Source: Azolla caroliniana (Eukaryota > Plantae > Polypodiophyta). From it: a stretch of 64,000 nt of DNA. The stretch is from NCBI GenBank assembly GCA_043228905.1, contig JBHGNT010000020.1, forward strand, positions 6,634,001 to 6,698,000. Reading direction: 5' to 3'. Position numbers and translations under genes: made by a program. Shown here one piece after another: positions 1 to 13,800 of the stretch. The notes under the pieces are model-generated. The model was not told the DNA's origin, did not search any database, and saw only the letters and a program-made list of their open reading frames with translations. Numbering within the stretch: the first letter of the stretch is position 1; each line of letters begins with the position of its first letter.

Positions 1-46
1 AACCGGATCCCATCCGGAGGGACCGATTTCCCAAAAATCTCATCCT

Positions 47-3000
47 TCACTCCGGCATGGAATGTCTCGTCAGCCCGATCCGCTTTCGGCACGCGTCCAG
101 CTTGTCGGTTGTCAACACCTTGGTCAACATATTTGACCCGTTCTCCTCCATGTGGATCTTTGTCAGCACAAACTCTTGATCTTCTACTCTCTCCCGGATC
201 CAGTGGTACCTCCGCTGGATATGTTTCGTTCGAGAATGGTAAGCCGTGTTCTTTGCAAGGTGGATGGAACTTTGACTATTGTAGTAAAGCCGATATTCCT
301 CTTGTTGGATCCCTAGCTCTCTGATGAAGTCCTTCATCCAGATTATCTCCTTGCTAGCTTCCACAACTGCCATGTACTCTGCCTCCGTGGTTGACAATGC
401 AATCGTCTTTTGCAACCTCGACTGCCACGAAACAACTCCCCCTGCATAAGTCATGACACATTCGGATGTAGACCAGCTGGTATCTGCATCAGCCGACATA
501 TCTGAATCGGTGAATCCATCAAGTTGGGCATTACCAGAGCCGAACCGGAGGCACATACTTGAGGTGCCTTTCAGATACTGGAGTATCCACTTGACCACGT
601 TCCAGTGCTCTCTTCCGGGATTGCTCATGAATCGACTGACTACTCCTACAATGTAACCAATGTCCGGCCGGGTACACACCATCCCATACATCAAGATCCT
701 GACGACAGAGTCATATGGTATCTTCATCATATCCATCTTCTCCTCCTTTGTCCTCGGGCTCTACTTTCCAGACAACTTGCAATTTGCCGGAAGTGTCGAC
801 CTGACCGGTTTCGCCTCCGACATGTTGAACCGTTGAAGCACCTTTGTCACGTACTTCTCAACCAGTTCCGGATGATGTGCATTCCCAATATCTGTCTTGC
901 CGGACCCAAGTCTTTCATTGAAAAGGTCCGGTTCAAAGCCTTCTTCAGCATTCGAATCTTGCCTTGGTCTCGTCCGAAAATCACCATATTATCCACATAT
1001 AGGAGAAGTATCAGGAAATCTCCTCCGTCAAATTTCTTCACAAACACGCAACGATCGGCTTGTGTCTTGTGGTACCCTTGGTCGGTCATGAAGGAGTCGA
1101 ACTTCCGGTACCATTGCCGGGGAGCTTGCTTCAATCCGTATAAGATCTTCTTCAGCCGGCACACCAGGTGCTCCTTCCCTTTCTTCCCAAATCCTTTCGG
1201 TTGATGCATGTGGATCTCTTCTTCAAGGTCGCCATGTAGGAATGCCGTCTTGACATCCAGTTTCTCTACCTCGAGGTCCATGCTTGCCGCTATGCCAATA
1301 CCGTCTAGATGGATGTCATCTTTACTACCGGGGCAAAGACGATCCGGGCTTTGTGACTTGGTGGATTTCCGGCGTCTCCTGGTTTCAGCTTGTACACCCA
1401 CTTGTTCCGGAGTGCTCTCTTCCCTTTCGCCAACTCCATCAGTTCATATGTGTAGTTCTCATGGAGGGAGTCCATCTCATCCTGCATGACAATCAACCAC
1501 TTGCGGTTGTGGGTGTCTGTCTTTGCTTCTTCGAAGCTTTCCGGCTCCCCGTCATCGATTAGCAACACATGCTATGCATCCGGAAATCTCTGGGGGGCTC
1601 TTCTCTCTCAGAGAGGATATCTCCGTCCCTGGTTTCTGACTGCCTGTTCCTTCGTTTGTTCCTCATTCTCATCCGATTTGGGATCTTGTCCGGTTCTGGG
1701 GTCTTCTTCTTCTTCGGTCGGCCCGGTTTCTTGTCCGTATCCGGCCGGTTCGTCCAATGTCATCTGGTTACTGGCCAACATCCGGTTTTCAACCGGGTAA
1801 GTCCTTGTGTCCTTAAGCCAGTTTTCATTGGATGATCTGGAGTTCATCACCTTCGTCTCTGACTCCCAGTTGGCAATAGTCTTGTCTTCCATGAAGACTA
1901 TGTCTCGACTCCGGAACACCTTCTTGTCGACCAGATCCCACACCCGATAACTGAACTCATCATCCCCGTATCCAAGGAATATGCATGTTTGGGACTTCGG
2001 ATCCAGCTTTTCTCTCTTGTCCTTCGCCACATGCACATATGCGAGACACCCGAACACCTTTAGATGCCGGTAAGATACATCTTTATAGGTCCAAAATTTC
2101 TAAGGCGAGTCTCCATCCAAGGGTACTAAGGGTGATCTGTTTATCACATAGGTCGCCATCGTCAGTGCCTCAGCCCAAAACGGCTTGGGTAACTTGGTAT
2201 GTGCGAGCATGCTCCAGACTCTCCGTTATGGTCCGGTTCATCCTTTCGGCTATCCCATTCAATTTTGGCGTCTTCGGCGCGGTGAATTCGAGCCGGATTC
2301 CCTTCGACCAGTAGTACTCCTCGAACTGCCCCCGGTATTCTCTTTCGTTGTCCGCTCGAACTACCTTCAGCTTCCGGCCGGTTTCTCTTTCCATTCTCGC
2401 GTGGAGCTCCTTGAAGACGGATAAATGTCTTCAATGGTGAGACCCACAACTTCCAGCCGTGGTCATCTATGAACGTCACGAAGTACTGTGATCCGGCATG
2501 TGACTTCGTGTCCACTTGACACACATCGGTATGCACCAGCTCCAGTGGTGCATTCCGTCTCATCGGTGGTCTTGACCGAAAGGAGGTTCGGTTTTGCTTG
2601 CTAGCCAAGCAATCGGTGCACTTCTCAAGTTGCATGTCCTTCACCGGAATAAGATTGTCTTCGGCAAGCCTCTTCATCCCCTTCTCACTCATGTGACACA
2701 GTCTTTTGTGCCACAACTCACCGGCAGTGTCGGATGCCACGTTCACTTCTTCCCGGCATATCCGAGCATTCATCAAGTACAATGTGTTGACCTTCCGGGC
2801 TCAAGCCACTATTAGTCTCCCTTTGTAGAACTTCATGACTCCGTTCCGGAACGTGTCGGACATCCTTCAACAACAACTTGCATCTGGTTGGTGCCGTCAA
2901 CAACACATCTCCTATGCCGACAATTCGGCACGTACCTTCATTCCCCATCCGGACACAACCATGATCACCGACTGTGTAGGATGAGAAGCATTTCTGATCC

Positions 3001-3959
3001 GGTGTTAGGTGGAATGACGCTCCGGAATCGACAACCCACATTGTCTCGTCGCCGACAAGGTTTAACTCATTCTCCTCGGTAATGAGCATCGGTTCCTCTT
3101 CACTTGTCGCAATTGGCGATGTTCCTTTCCGATCCGGGCCTCTCCGGTCCGAACTATTTCGGTCCGAACTCTTCTTCGAATCGGTGGTGCCGGTTTCCTT
3201 GTCTTTCCGGAAATGTGGACAGTTCTTTTGGAAGTGTCCCGACTTCCCGCAATAGAAGCATGTGGGTCTCCCCCTTGACTTCGACCTCGTCCCCGATTTG
3301 TCCCGGTTTTGGGAACTCCGATACTGGCCTCTTCCCCGGTTGTGGTCATCTTCCGTGACCAGGGCCTTCGGATCGGTTCCGCACTCCCGGTCCTTCTGGC
3401 AAGCTTCTTCATCTAGCAAGCTTGATTTTACCCTTGCTAGGGACAACTGTTTTCCTTCCAGCCCGGCGTTGCCCAATGTGACAACTAACATCTCCCAGCT
3501 ATCTGGGAGGGAACCGAGCAGGAGGAATGCAAGTACCTCATCGGTGAGACGTACTTCCAATGAGGTTGCCTGGTGGATCAGTCCCTGGAAGGCATTCATG
3601 CGCTCTGCCATACTAGAGCCTTCTTGGTACCGGAGCCTCACTAGCTTCCGGAATACCGAAACCCGATTAACAACATTCTTGTTCTGGAACATGATACCGA
3701 TCTTCTCCTAGGGTTCATGAGCCTTGCTCTCTTAATTGAAGTTGTTGTACAGGCTCATGTCAAAGAAGCACTGGATGTATGCCGTCGTCTTCATGTGCAT
3801 CACCTCCCACACTGTGGCGTCGATCTTGTGCAATCTCTTGTCCCCGAACTGAACCGTGAAGCAAAGATCTTTAACCACCATCATATCCCTCATCTTCGAC
3901 TTCCACGCTGAGTAGTTGGAGCCGGTGAGCTTGAACATGCTGCCGAACGATTCTTCCAT
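47..3959 (-). pseudogene. Copia gag-pol of element A, frameshifted and with stops
   Basis: CFYCGKSGHFQKNC zinc knuckle, WVVDSGAS protease, VHTDVC integrase, LLYVDNM RT (YVDD mutated), SRTKHIQRRYHWIRE RNase H; colinear with the intact ORF of element C. Confidence 0.92.
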
Positions 3960-3973
3960 TTCTTGTGTTGTTC

Positions 3974-3985
3974 GCTCTAATACCA
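3974..3985 (-). promoter_or_regulatory. PBS (tRNA-iMet type) of element A
   Basis: Minus strand reads TGGTATTAGAGC (one mismatch to TGGTATCAGAGC), 3 nt from the LTR edge. Confidence 0.85.
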
Positions 3986-4833
3986 GATTGAAGAATAGCG
4001 CAGAATATTGCTCGGCCACAACCGAGTCTTGAATCACTTCGTTCAAGGATCAAACATAGAAATGAGAATAGAGATGAATACACGTACACCAAAAGAGAGT
4101 ACAAAGGATGTTTAAGTGGAAAACCCTAAATGGGAAAAAAACACGGGCGCCCACAGACTCCGAACTAACACTATATGAGAAAGGTACAATCAGAGACTTG
4201 GAGGCAACGATCTCGAGCTCAATTTCTTCGCCAAGCGGCGGTTACAACAGAATATCACTCTATACTCTCGCTCTCTCTCTGTACAACAGTTATGGACATA
4301 TGTTGGGATACAAGCTCAACATTGGCCGGATTGGCTGTGCAAGCCGAGAACCGGATCGGTGAGGCCGGATAGGTGCGTAAACCAGTGCGCAACAAGAGGC
4401 CGGATAAGTGCAGAAACCGAGAGGTTGTTGAACAGATATTCCGTGAGGGAATATATTTGGGAGTTATTGTAGGAATATATTTGGGAGTTAGTGTAGGAGC
4501 TTAGTTATGTGCATTGAAGTATGTGTTAGTACTTCCGTCAGTCCATATGGACTTGTATAAAAGTGCTATCTAAGCACATCCCATGTATAGAGTTTTACAC
4601 ATGATTCAAATTTAGTTTTTCTGTGTTTTTTCCCTCTCTCTCTCTCCCGCGTACATTGTGTCTTAAGCTCTTCATTAAACCTGTTTTTCTTTGTCGGTAT
4701 TCTATGTTTCGTATAGCTTCCGCACGTAACATTTCACATGGTATCAGAGCGCGAGGGTTGAGAACTTCGACAACCGACTTTAGCTCGGAATAGAAAAAAA
4801 CCCTAATCTCGGTGAAGAAAAGAAAGGAAAAAA

Positions 4834-7800
4834 ATGGATAGAGGTATGGATAGTTCACTTCCATCTGAGAAGCTCGACAGAAGTAACTACGCATCTTGGT
4901 CGTACAAGATGCAAAAATACCTGCTCGGAAATGGATACCGGAGCTATGTCGATGGAGCGAATCAACACACAGAGACTTCCCGGCCTGGGAACAGTCAGCG
5001 AGCAGAGTTCTCTACTGCTTTGCGTCCTATGTGAGCGAACAACTTTTGAGCTACATTCAAGATGCAAGAACGCCGAAGGATGCTTGGGGAAATCTGAAAA
5101 AGATTTTCGCCGCAAGCACCACAGCCAGGAAGCTCCAACTTCGACAGGAGTTGAGCAATGTGCGTCAACGCGACATGACGGTGGCTGACTACACCTCCAA
5201 GATAAAGGATATCTGAGACTCCCTCGCCTCCATCGATGTGAATGTTGAGGAGGGCGAAATGGTGCAGATCTTCCTCAAAGGATTGGCGTCAAAGTTTGGA
5301 GCATTCCGAACTGCTATTTGTAGAAGGGAGAATACGCTGTCGTTTTTCGACTTGCAGTCGATGCTCCTTGTAGAGGAGAATCACGTGGGTGCGTCAATGA
5401 GTATGCACGCCGACAGCTAGATGCTGTACTCGGAGGGAAATAGGCCCCGTGGTCGTGGCGGACGAGGCAAGTCGGCGCGCAATGGAGGCGGCCGACGGGA
5501 GCAAAGAAGAAGGCATCGTGGTGATGCCGACAACAATTCCGGACCCTCCGGAAGTAGGGGGAGTTGAGAAGGCGACGAGAACTGGCAAGGGAAACACATC
5601 GCGGAATGTTGGTATTGTGGCAAGAAAGGCCACAAGGAGAGCGAGTGCTGGAAGAAGCGCGCCGATTCGGAGAAAACCGGATCCGGATCCGGATCTGGAC
5701 GGACTGAACAAGGAAATCGATAGCGGACGCACTACGTCGAAGGATCCAAAAAAATCGGAAAGGGGACAACCTTCGTGACTAGACACGAAGTGAACTCGAT
5801 GAAGAAGACCACCCCGAAATCAGACGAAGTGTGGTACGTTGACTCCGGAGTGTCAAACCATAAAGAGTGGTTCTCATATTTGGAAAAACCGGAAAAACCG
5901 GGAGTAGTCGTAACAGGAGACGACACTCTGCATCCGATCATACATGTCGGTGAAGTTCCCCTCAGCCATGTCGGGCAAAAAGGGAAGCTAATGAACGTGT
6001 TACACGTCCTAACAATTACGAAGAATCTGGTGTCAGTCGGACAGATCGTCGACCAAGGGATGCAAGTCCAGTTCACGCATCTCGGGTGCTTCATCGAGGA
6101 AGAAGGCCAAGTTATTGCGCAAGGGTGCAAAGATGGGAGGATGTTCATCCTCAACACCAATGACGTAGGCACCACCATGTTTGCAAAAGGACAAAAAGTT
6201 GAGTTTGATATCGACTTGTGGCATAAGCGGATAGGCCACGTCAACTACCAAAGGCTTCAGGACTTGCAATCGAAACAAGTTGTGCTCGGACTGCCAAAAT
6301 TCAGTGGTTGAAAGGCCCAAATTTGTGAAGCCAGCCAGCTAGGGAAGCAACACCGACTTCCTTTCCCCAACGAGCGTAATCGGAGCCGAAATAAGCTCGA
6401 CTCGATACATTCAGATGTATGGGGACCGGCACAGAACGCGAGTCTTGGTGGGAGTCGATATTTCGTCTCCTTCATCGATGACTACGCCCGTCACACATGG
6501 CTCTACCTCATCGAAAAGAAGAGTGAAGTCTTCGACTGTTTCTAGAACCTCAAAAATCTTGTTGAAAGGGAAACAGGGAGGAAGATCAAGTGCCTGCGGT
6601 CGAATGGCGGAAAAGAGTACTTTTCCGGCCAATTTAACAATTATCTGCACCAAATGGGAATTCGGCGTGAATTCAGTTGCAAGTATATGCCGGAGCAAAA
6701 CGGCGTAGCCAAAAGTACGATTCAGTCGGTTGTGGAAATGGCGCAGGCAATGTTGGAAAAAAAGAGCTTTCCCAAGTGCTATTGGGCCGAAGCAGTCCAA
6801 ACCGCGGTTTACATCCAGAATCGAATCGGAGAAGAAGTGTCGGCACATGAGCTGTATTTTGGAAGCAAGCCAAATCTACGACTCTTGAGGGTTTTCGGTA
6901 GCATCGTATATGTGCATTTGCTGAAGGAGAAGCGGAGGAAGCTGGACGCGAAAGCCGAGAAGTGTATCTTGGTCGGCTATTCGGACGAACAGAAGGGTTA
7001 TAAGTGTTATAACCCCCGAACCAAACAAGCTCGCGTAGGTCGATTTGTCTGCGTCTTGGTATTTGCCTCCGACTCCGGACCTCAGCTCCAATCCGAGTTC
7101 TGAAGATGAGGTTAGCGAGGCTGAGATGCTTCTTGATGAACGTGAACTCGGAACTCTTGAAGAGAGTCCGATCTCATTTCGGCTAATTGGACTGAATGAG
7201 CGACTGAGTCGGTTTGACCAGTCAGATGAAGAGCTGGCGAGTAGTGGAGACTCGACCGTGCATTCCCATCGTAGGAAGCTGAGGAGATGGCTTACGCGCA
7301 AATAAAATGGGAAGAAAAAGATGCCGGAGTACGGCATGAATAGAGACGAGTCGGATCGACGCGAGTCCGACTCCAAGAAGAGCGATGACGGGCCCTCAAG
7401 AGCGAAGCCCGCTTTGGCCCGAACGGCCTCAACATTGGCTAATGAGCATTTACGCCGATCTACCCGCCAGAAGAACCTTGTTGTGTGGTTCGGATACAAT
7501 GAGTACATGGCGCATCACTATGCGTACATGACACGTGTAGCGGAAGTGCGTGAGCCGGAAAGCTACGCAGAAGTGGCAAAGGATGCAAATTGGCGTGCCG
7601 CCATGGAGGAAGAGATGAATGCACTTGCGGATAATGAAACCTGGGACCTGGTTGACGCCCCCAAGGGTGTAAAGCCGATTGGATGTAGGTGGGTGTACAA
7701 GGTCAAGTATAACACCGATGGCTCGGTCAACCAATACAAGGCCCGGTTAGTAGCAAAAGGCTACGCGCAACAACACGGCATCGATTACGATGAGACATTT

Positions 7801-10056
7801 GTGCCGGTCGCGAAGATGATGACCGTCCGTGTTTTGCTTGTGGTAGCCGCGGCGAAGGGGTGGCACTTACATCAGATGGATGTAAAGAATGCATTCTTGC
7901 AAGGTGAGCTTGTGGAACAAGTGTACATGGTACAACCCCCCGGATTTCACTCTGGAACGAACACTTCGGCGGTATGCTGGTTGAAGAAGTCCCTTTACAG
8001 ACTAAAACAAGCCTCATGTGCCTGGAACACGAAGATCATGCAACGATTGCGTCGGATGGGATTTGCGACGTCCAAATCAGACTCTTCATTGTTCGTCCGT
8101 CAAGGTTGACTTGGACCGGTTAGTATTTTACTTTATGTTGATGACTTGGTCATCGCCGATGTCGACCTAGGTGAAATTGACCGCGTAAAGCTCCAGCTTG
8201 CAGCATCATTTGATATGAAGGACCTGGGGGACCTTCATTACTTTTGTTAGGAAACAGGTCCCTCCGGATGGGAAGTGAGAAGAACCGTGTTCAACACGGA
8301 AGGCTAAACTTGTAAATAGTCGAAAGGTTACATTAGTATATAAGTACTTAGGGCAATCATGTTAGATATGCGCGTTATTGTAAAGTTACTGTTGACGAGG
8401 TTGTTGCCTCTGTAACTGTGAGAGTGAACGAGTGTGAGCTCCATAGCCGCCTGTTGGCGAAGCAAGATCTCGAGGTCATTGCCTCTAAGATCTCTGATTG
8501 TATTCCTTTCTCTCATAGTGTTCTGTTTCAGAGTTTGTGGACTCCACGTGGTTTTTCCCAGTTCGGGTTTCCACGTTAAAATCTGTGTCATTCTCAGCTT
8601 CTATATTCTGTTTTTCCTTTCCATTAGATTGACTATTATTCCCCACACGTACAACCAGTTGTGGCCGGCAACGATTTTAACTACAACTTTCTTGGGATCG
8701 AAGTGATCCGAACCTCCGAAGGCATATTGATCAGCCAACGACATTATGTGCTAAGTATGCTCTTCAAGTTCGGGATGGCAGACTGTAAGTCCGTCTCAAC
8801 TCCTCTGGACAGAACCGTGAAGCTTCGCCTCGACTCCGGAAAGGTCTGCGACCCGAAAAGGTTCCAACATATTATTGGAAGCCTCATATACTTGACTATC
8901 ACCCGACCGGACCTCAGTTACCCGGTCGGCTTGATTAGTCAGTTCATGGTGTGGCCAACCGAGGAGCACCTTCAATGCGCGAAATGCGTACTCAGGTACG
9001 TCAGTGGCACTAAGGATCGGGGGTTACTATATCAGACTGGTATTGTCGCGTAGCTAGTCGGCTATACAGATGCCGATTGGGCCGGAAACGCCAACGATTG
9101 CCGATCCACATCCGGATTTGCGTTCTCCCTTGGGAGCGCCGTGATCGCATGGAGTAGCAAGAAGCAGCCGACAGTTGTACTGTCGAGCACAGAGGTCGAG
9201 TATCGAGGAGCGGCTGTCGCAACGTGCGAAGCCATATGGCTGAAGCGGCTACTTAAGGATCTGCAGGTGGAGGTGTCCGGTCCGACAACGATCTACTGTG
9301 ACAACCTCAACAACATCCAACTTGTGAAGAACCCCGTCTTTCACGCCTGGACTAAGCACATTGAGGTGCACTACCACTTTGTCCGCGTGCGTGTCCTGTC
9401 TGGTGAAGTCGAACTTCAGTATGTTTCGACGGATTGGCTGAACGTCGGCATCTTCACCAAGCCCCTTGGTCTTGACAAGTTGTTGCAATGCTCGGGTGCG
9501 CTTGGGTTGCGGCACCCCGACTTCCCGAACTTGAGGGGGACAAAGGTCCTGCAAGACCACGGAAAGCAGTAGAAGTGGCCGCGACACCAAATCGGATGAC
9601 GAATTCGATTTAGTGTCGGCTGAAGAACGCGAAGGCAGATGCGCGGGAGAGTCCAGAAGTGGATGAGAGGGCAACAACCAAAAGAAAGAGCCGGAGCCAG
9701 CCAAGCATGGGGGAGATGAAGCCAACAAGGGCGAGAAGGGCAAGATTGAGGACGAATTGGAGACAACCAATTCAGACAAAAGCGGAGACGAATCAGAGGC
9801 AGCTGATTCGGCTCGAATGTTTGATTAGGATACGCCGAATCAACTGAAGGCCAAGCGGAAGAAAGGGCAGCAGAAGAGGCACCAATACCGTGACAACAAG
9901 GGAGCTAGAAAAGGCCGCACGAGCAGACAAGCCGATCATAAGGGTTGAGCTGCGCGGAATTGAACGGGTTAAGGAGCGCGAGCGAGGCGTGAAGTCAAGA
10001 GAAACCGGAGCGAAGGACCGGAAGAGCCTCAAGTTGAGCTGGAGGTGGAGTGTTGA
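4834..10056 (+). pseudogene. Copia gag-pol of element B, degenerate, including a post-RNase H extension
   Basis: Gag fragments, WYVDSG protease, integrase, RT (KARLVAKGY, QMDVKNAFL), RNase H ([12 protein letters not shown]); many CGA/CAG-derived stops. Confidence 0.9.
8245..8685 (+). mobile_element. Solo LTR (Tork-like group related to A/C LTRs) inside the RT of B
   Basis: TGTTAGG...CTACA ends, TSD ACTTT on both sides, splits DLHYF|LGIEV; shares GGTCCCTCCGGATGGGA start and TATA region with the C LTR. Confidence 0.92.
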
Positions 10057-10533
10057 ATACAAGCTCAACATTGGCCAGATCAGCTGTGCAAGCTGAGAAC
10101 CGGATCGGTTTGGACCGATCAGTTAGGCCGGATTGGTGCGTAAACCGGTGCGCAAACTGGTGCGCAACAAGAGGCCGGATCGGTGCGGAAACCAAGAGGC
10201 TGTTGAACATATATTCGGCGAGGTAATATATTTGGGAGTTAGTGTAGGAGCTCAGTTATGTGACGGGAACTGAACGCTCCTTATGCACAACGCTCGGCCA
10301 CAACCGAGCTTAGAATGATACACAGAAAAAAAACGGGAAATAAAACACGACACAAAGAGGAGGAAGATACACAGGAGGTTTACGTGGAAAACCCCAAACT
10401 AGGGGAAAAACCACGGCAGCCCACAGGCTGCAAACTGTCACTATGTAAGAATGTACAACAGTGAGTTCACTGAGGCAACGACCTCGTGCTCACAGATCTT
10501 CGCCACAGGTGGCGGTTACAACAGAGGCAACGA

Positions 10534-10705
10534 CCTCATCCGGCTCATACCGGGTCTGCACCATCCGGCTCTCCGTAGCCGGGTACTCCTCATCTGGTTC
10601 ATACCGGGTCTGCACCATCCGGCTCTCCGTAGCCGGGTACTCCTCATCCGGTTCATACCGGGTCTGCACCATCCGGCTCTTCGTAGCCGGGTCCTCCTCA
10701 TCCGG
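10534..10705. repeat. 54-bp tandem repeat in the U3 of C-family LTRs (~3 copies here, ~2 at 15338-15455, ~4 at ~30025-30255)
   Basis: Unit CCTCATCCGGTTCATACCGGGTCTGCACCATCCGGCTCTCCGTAGCCGGGTACT starts at 10534, 10588, 10642. Confidence 0.92.
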
Positions 10706-10803
10706 TTTCGGCCTCGGCCTATCGGCCTCGGATGAGTTTGTTCATCGGCACTGTTCTTATCCCTTCCCATCCGGAGGGACCTGTCTCCCAACAAACTCCC
10801 CCT

Positions 10804-13800
10804 TCACTCCGGCATGGGATGTCTTACCAGTCCGATCCTCTTCCGGCATGCATCCAGCTTGTCGGGTATCAACACTTTGGTCAGCATATCTGACCCGTTC
10901 TCGGCCTTGTGGATCTTCGTCAGTGCGAACTCCTGGTCATCTACTCTCTCCCGGATCCAGTGATACCTCCGCTGGATATGCTTCGTCCGGGAATGGTAGG
11001 CCGCATTCTTAGCAAGGTGGATGGCACTTTGACTGTCGCAATAGAGTCGGTATTCATCTTGTCGGATACCGAGCTCTCCAATGAAGTCCTTCATCCATAA
11101 TATTTCCTTGCCGGCTTCCACAACCGCCATGTACTCCGCCTCTGTGGTTGACAAAGCAACCGTCTTCTGCAGCCTCGACTGCCACGAAACAGCTCCCCTT
11201 GCATATGTCATTACATATCCGGATGTAGACCGGCTGGTATCCACATCAACCGACATGTCCGAATCAGTGAAACCGTCCAATTGAGGTTTTCCGGAGCCGA
11301 ATCGGAGACACATATTTGAAGTGCCCTTCAAATACCGGAGTATCCATTTGACCGCGTTACAGTGCTCCTTGCCGGGATTGCTCATAAACCGGCTCACCAC
11401 TCCGACTGCGTATCCTATATCCGGTTGGGTGCACACCATAGCGTACATCAAGCTCCCGACGGCAGAGGCATATGGAATCTTCATCATATCCGTCTTCTCT
11501 GCTTTCATCTTCGGGCTTTGCTTATCGGATAGCTTGCAGTTTGCCGGTAGTGTCGATCTGACCGGTTTCGCATCTGACATGTTGAACCGGTGAAGCACCT
11601 TTGTCACGTACTTCTCCTGTGACAACCATAGTTGCTTCGCTGACCGGTTCCGGATGATGTGCATCCCCAGCATCTGCCTTGCCGGACCCAAGTCTTTCAT
11701 TGAGAAGGTCCGGTTGAGAGCCTTCTTTAACATCTGTATTTTGACTTGGTCCCGTCCGACGATCAACATGTCATCCACGTACAGAAGGAGTATCAGGAAG
11801 TCTCCTCCTTCGAACTTCTTCACAAACACATAGTGATCTGCCTGCGTCTTGTGGTACCCTTGATCGGTCATGAAGGAGTCGAACTTCCGGTACCATTGTC
11901 GGGGAGCCTGCTTCAGTTCGTACAGGCTCTTCTTCAACCGGCATACCAGGTGCTCCTTCCCTTTCTCCACGAAACCTTCCGGTTGCTGCATGTAGATCTC
12001 CTCTTCGAGGTCGCCGTGAAGGAATGCCGTCTTCACGTCCAGCTGCTCTACCTCGAGGTCCATGCTTGCTGCTATACTCAGCACCGTCCAGATGGAGGTC
12101 ATCTTTACTATCAGGGCAAATATCTCGTCGAAGTCCACGCCCTTCTTCTGTTGGAACCCCTTCACCACGATCCTGGCTTTGTATCTCGGGGTTTTGCCGG
12201 CATCTCCCGGTTTCAACTTGTACACCCACTTGTTTCGGAGTGCCCGCTTTCCTTTCGGCAACTCCACCAATTCGTACGTATGGTTCTGCATGGCACTTAA
12301 CCATTTTCGGTTGTGGGTGTCTTCCTGCACTTCTTCGAAGCTTTCTGGCTCCCCCTCATCGGTCAGCAGAATATGCTCTACATCCGGAAATCTCCGGGGG
12401 GCCCTTCTCTCTCTGAGAGGATATCTCCGTCTCTGGGCTTCGGTGACCGGCTCATCCATTTGCTCTTTATCCGAATCCGATTCGGGGTCTTGGCCGGTTC
12501 CGGTTTCAGCTTCCTCTACTTCTTCTTCAGCCCGTTCGGTATCCTCACCGTAACTGTCTGGTCCCTCGAGTGCTAACCGGTCTCTTGCCGGTTGGGACTG
12601 CTCATCGTACAGTCGATCCTTACCGGTCGACTCGGAGTTCATTATCTTCTCCTCCGACTCCCAGTCGGCGAGCGTCTTGTTCTCCATGAAGATAATATCT
12701 CGACTCCGGAATACCTTCTTATCGACCAGGTCCCACACTCGGTAGCCGAACTCATCGTCACCGTAACTGAGGAATATGCATGGCCGGGTCTTTGGATCTA
12801 GCTTTCCTCTCCGGTCCTTAGCTACATGCACGTACGCGAGACACCCGAACACCTTCAGATGCCGGTAGGATACTTCCTTACCTGTCCACACTCTCTGTGG
12901 TGTGTCTCCGTCCAAGGGTACTGAGGGTGATCTATTTATCACATATGTCGCCGTCGACAGTGCCTCAGCCCAAAACTTCTTGGGTAGTTTTGCATGCGCT
13001 AGCATACTCCGGACCCTCTCTATTATGGTCCGGTTCATCCTCTCGGCCAGTCCGTTTAGTTCCGGCGTCTTCGGCACTGTAAATTCGAGCCGGATTCCCT
13101 TCGAGCAGCAGTACTCCTCAAACTGCCCCCGGTACTCTCCTCCGTTATCTGCTCGAACCGCCTTCAGCTTCCGGCCGGTTTCTCTTTCCACTCTCGCGTG
13201 GAGCTCTTTGAAGACGGATAACACTTGATCCTTCGTCTTCAACGGTGTGGCCCACAGCTTCCGGCTGTGGTCATCTATGAACGTCACGAAGTACTGCGCT
13301 CCGGCATGTGACTTAGTGTCTACTTGACACACGTCCGTATGCACCAACTCCAGTGGTGCATTATGTCTCATCGGTGGCCTTGGTCGGAAGGATGTCCGGT
13401 TCTGCTTACCGGCCAGACAATCAGTGCACTTCTCCAAGTGCACGTTCTTCACTGGAATGAGGTTGTCTTCTGCAAGCCTCTTCTTCCCCTTCTCGCTCAT
13501 GTGACACAACCTCTTGTGCCATAGCTCACCGGCAGTGTCGGATGCCACGTTCACTTCCTCCGGACATAACCGGGCATTCATCAGGTACAGAGTGTTGACC
13601 TTCCAGGCCCGAGCCACAATCAGGCTCCCTTTGTTGAACTTCATGACACCGTTCCGGATGCTACCCGTGTAGCCCTCATCATCTAGCTGACCGGCTGATA
13701 TCAGGTTCAGTCGAACCTCCGGAACGTGTCGTACATCCTTCAACAACAACTTGCATCCGGTTGGTGTCGACAGCCACACGTCTCCTATGCCGACAATTCG

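Noticed and set aside
321-335. Other CTGATGA/TCATCAG matches (321, ~16482, ~33726) as hammerheads
   Set aside because: No stem II plus GAAA follows; they lie in Copia coding sequence
9249-9779. Antisense ORFs over Copia 3' regions (also 28296-29009, 45368-45826)
   Set aside because: Shadow frames of the purine-rich sense extension; Ser/Leu/Pro-rich with inconsistent starts
10451-10794. Repetitive short ORFs (e.g. MVQTRYEPDEEYPATESR repeats), also at 29775-30321
   Set aside because: By-product of the 54-bp LTR repeat being a multiple of three; open in several frames
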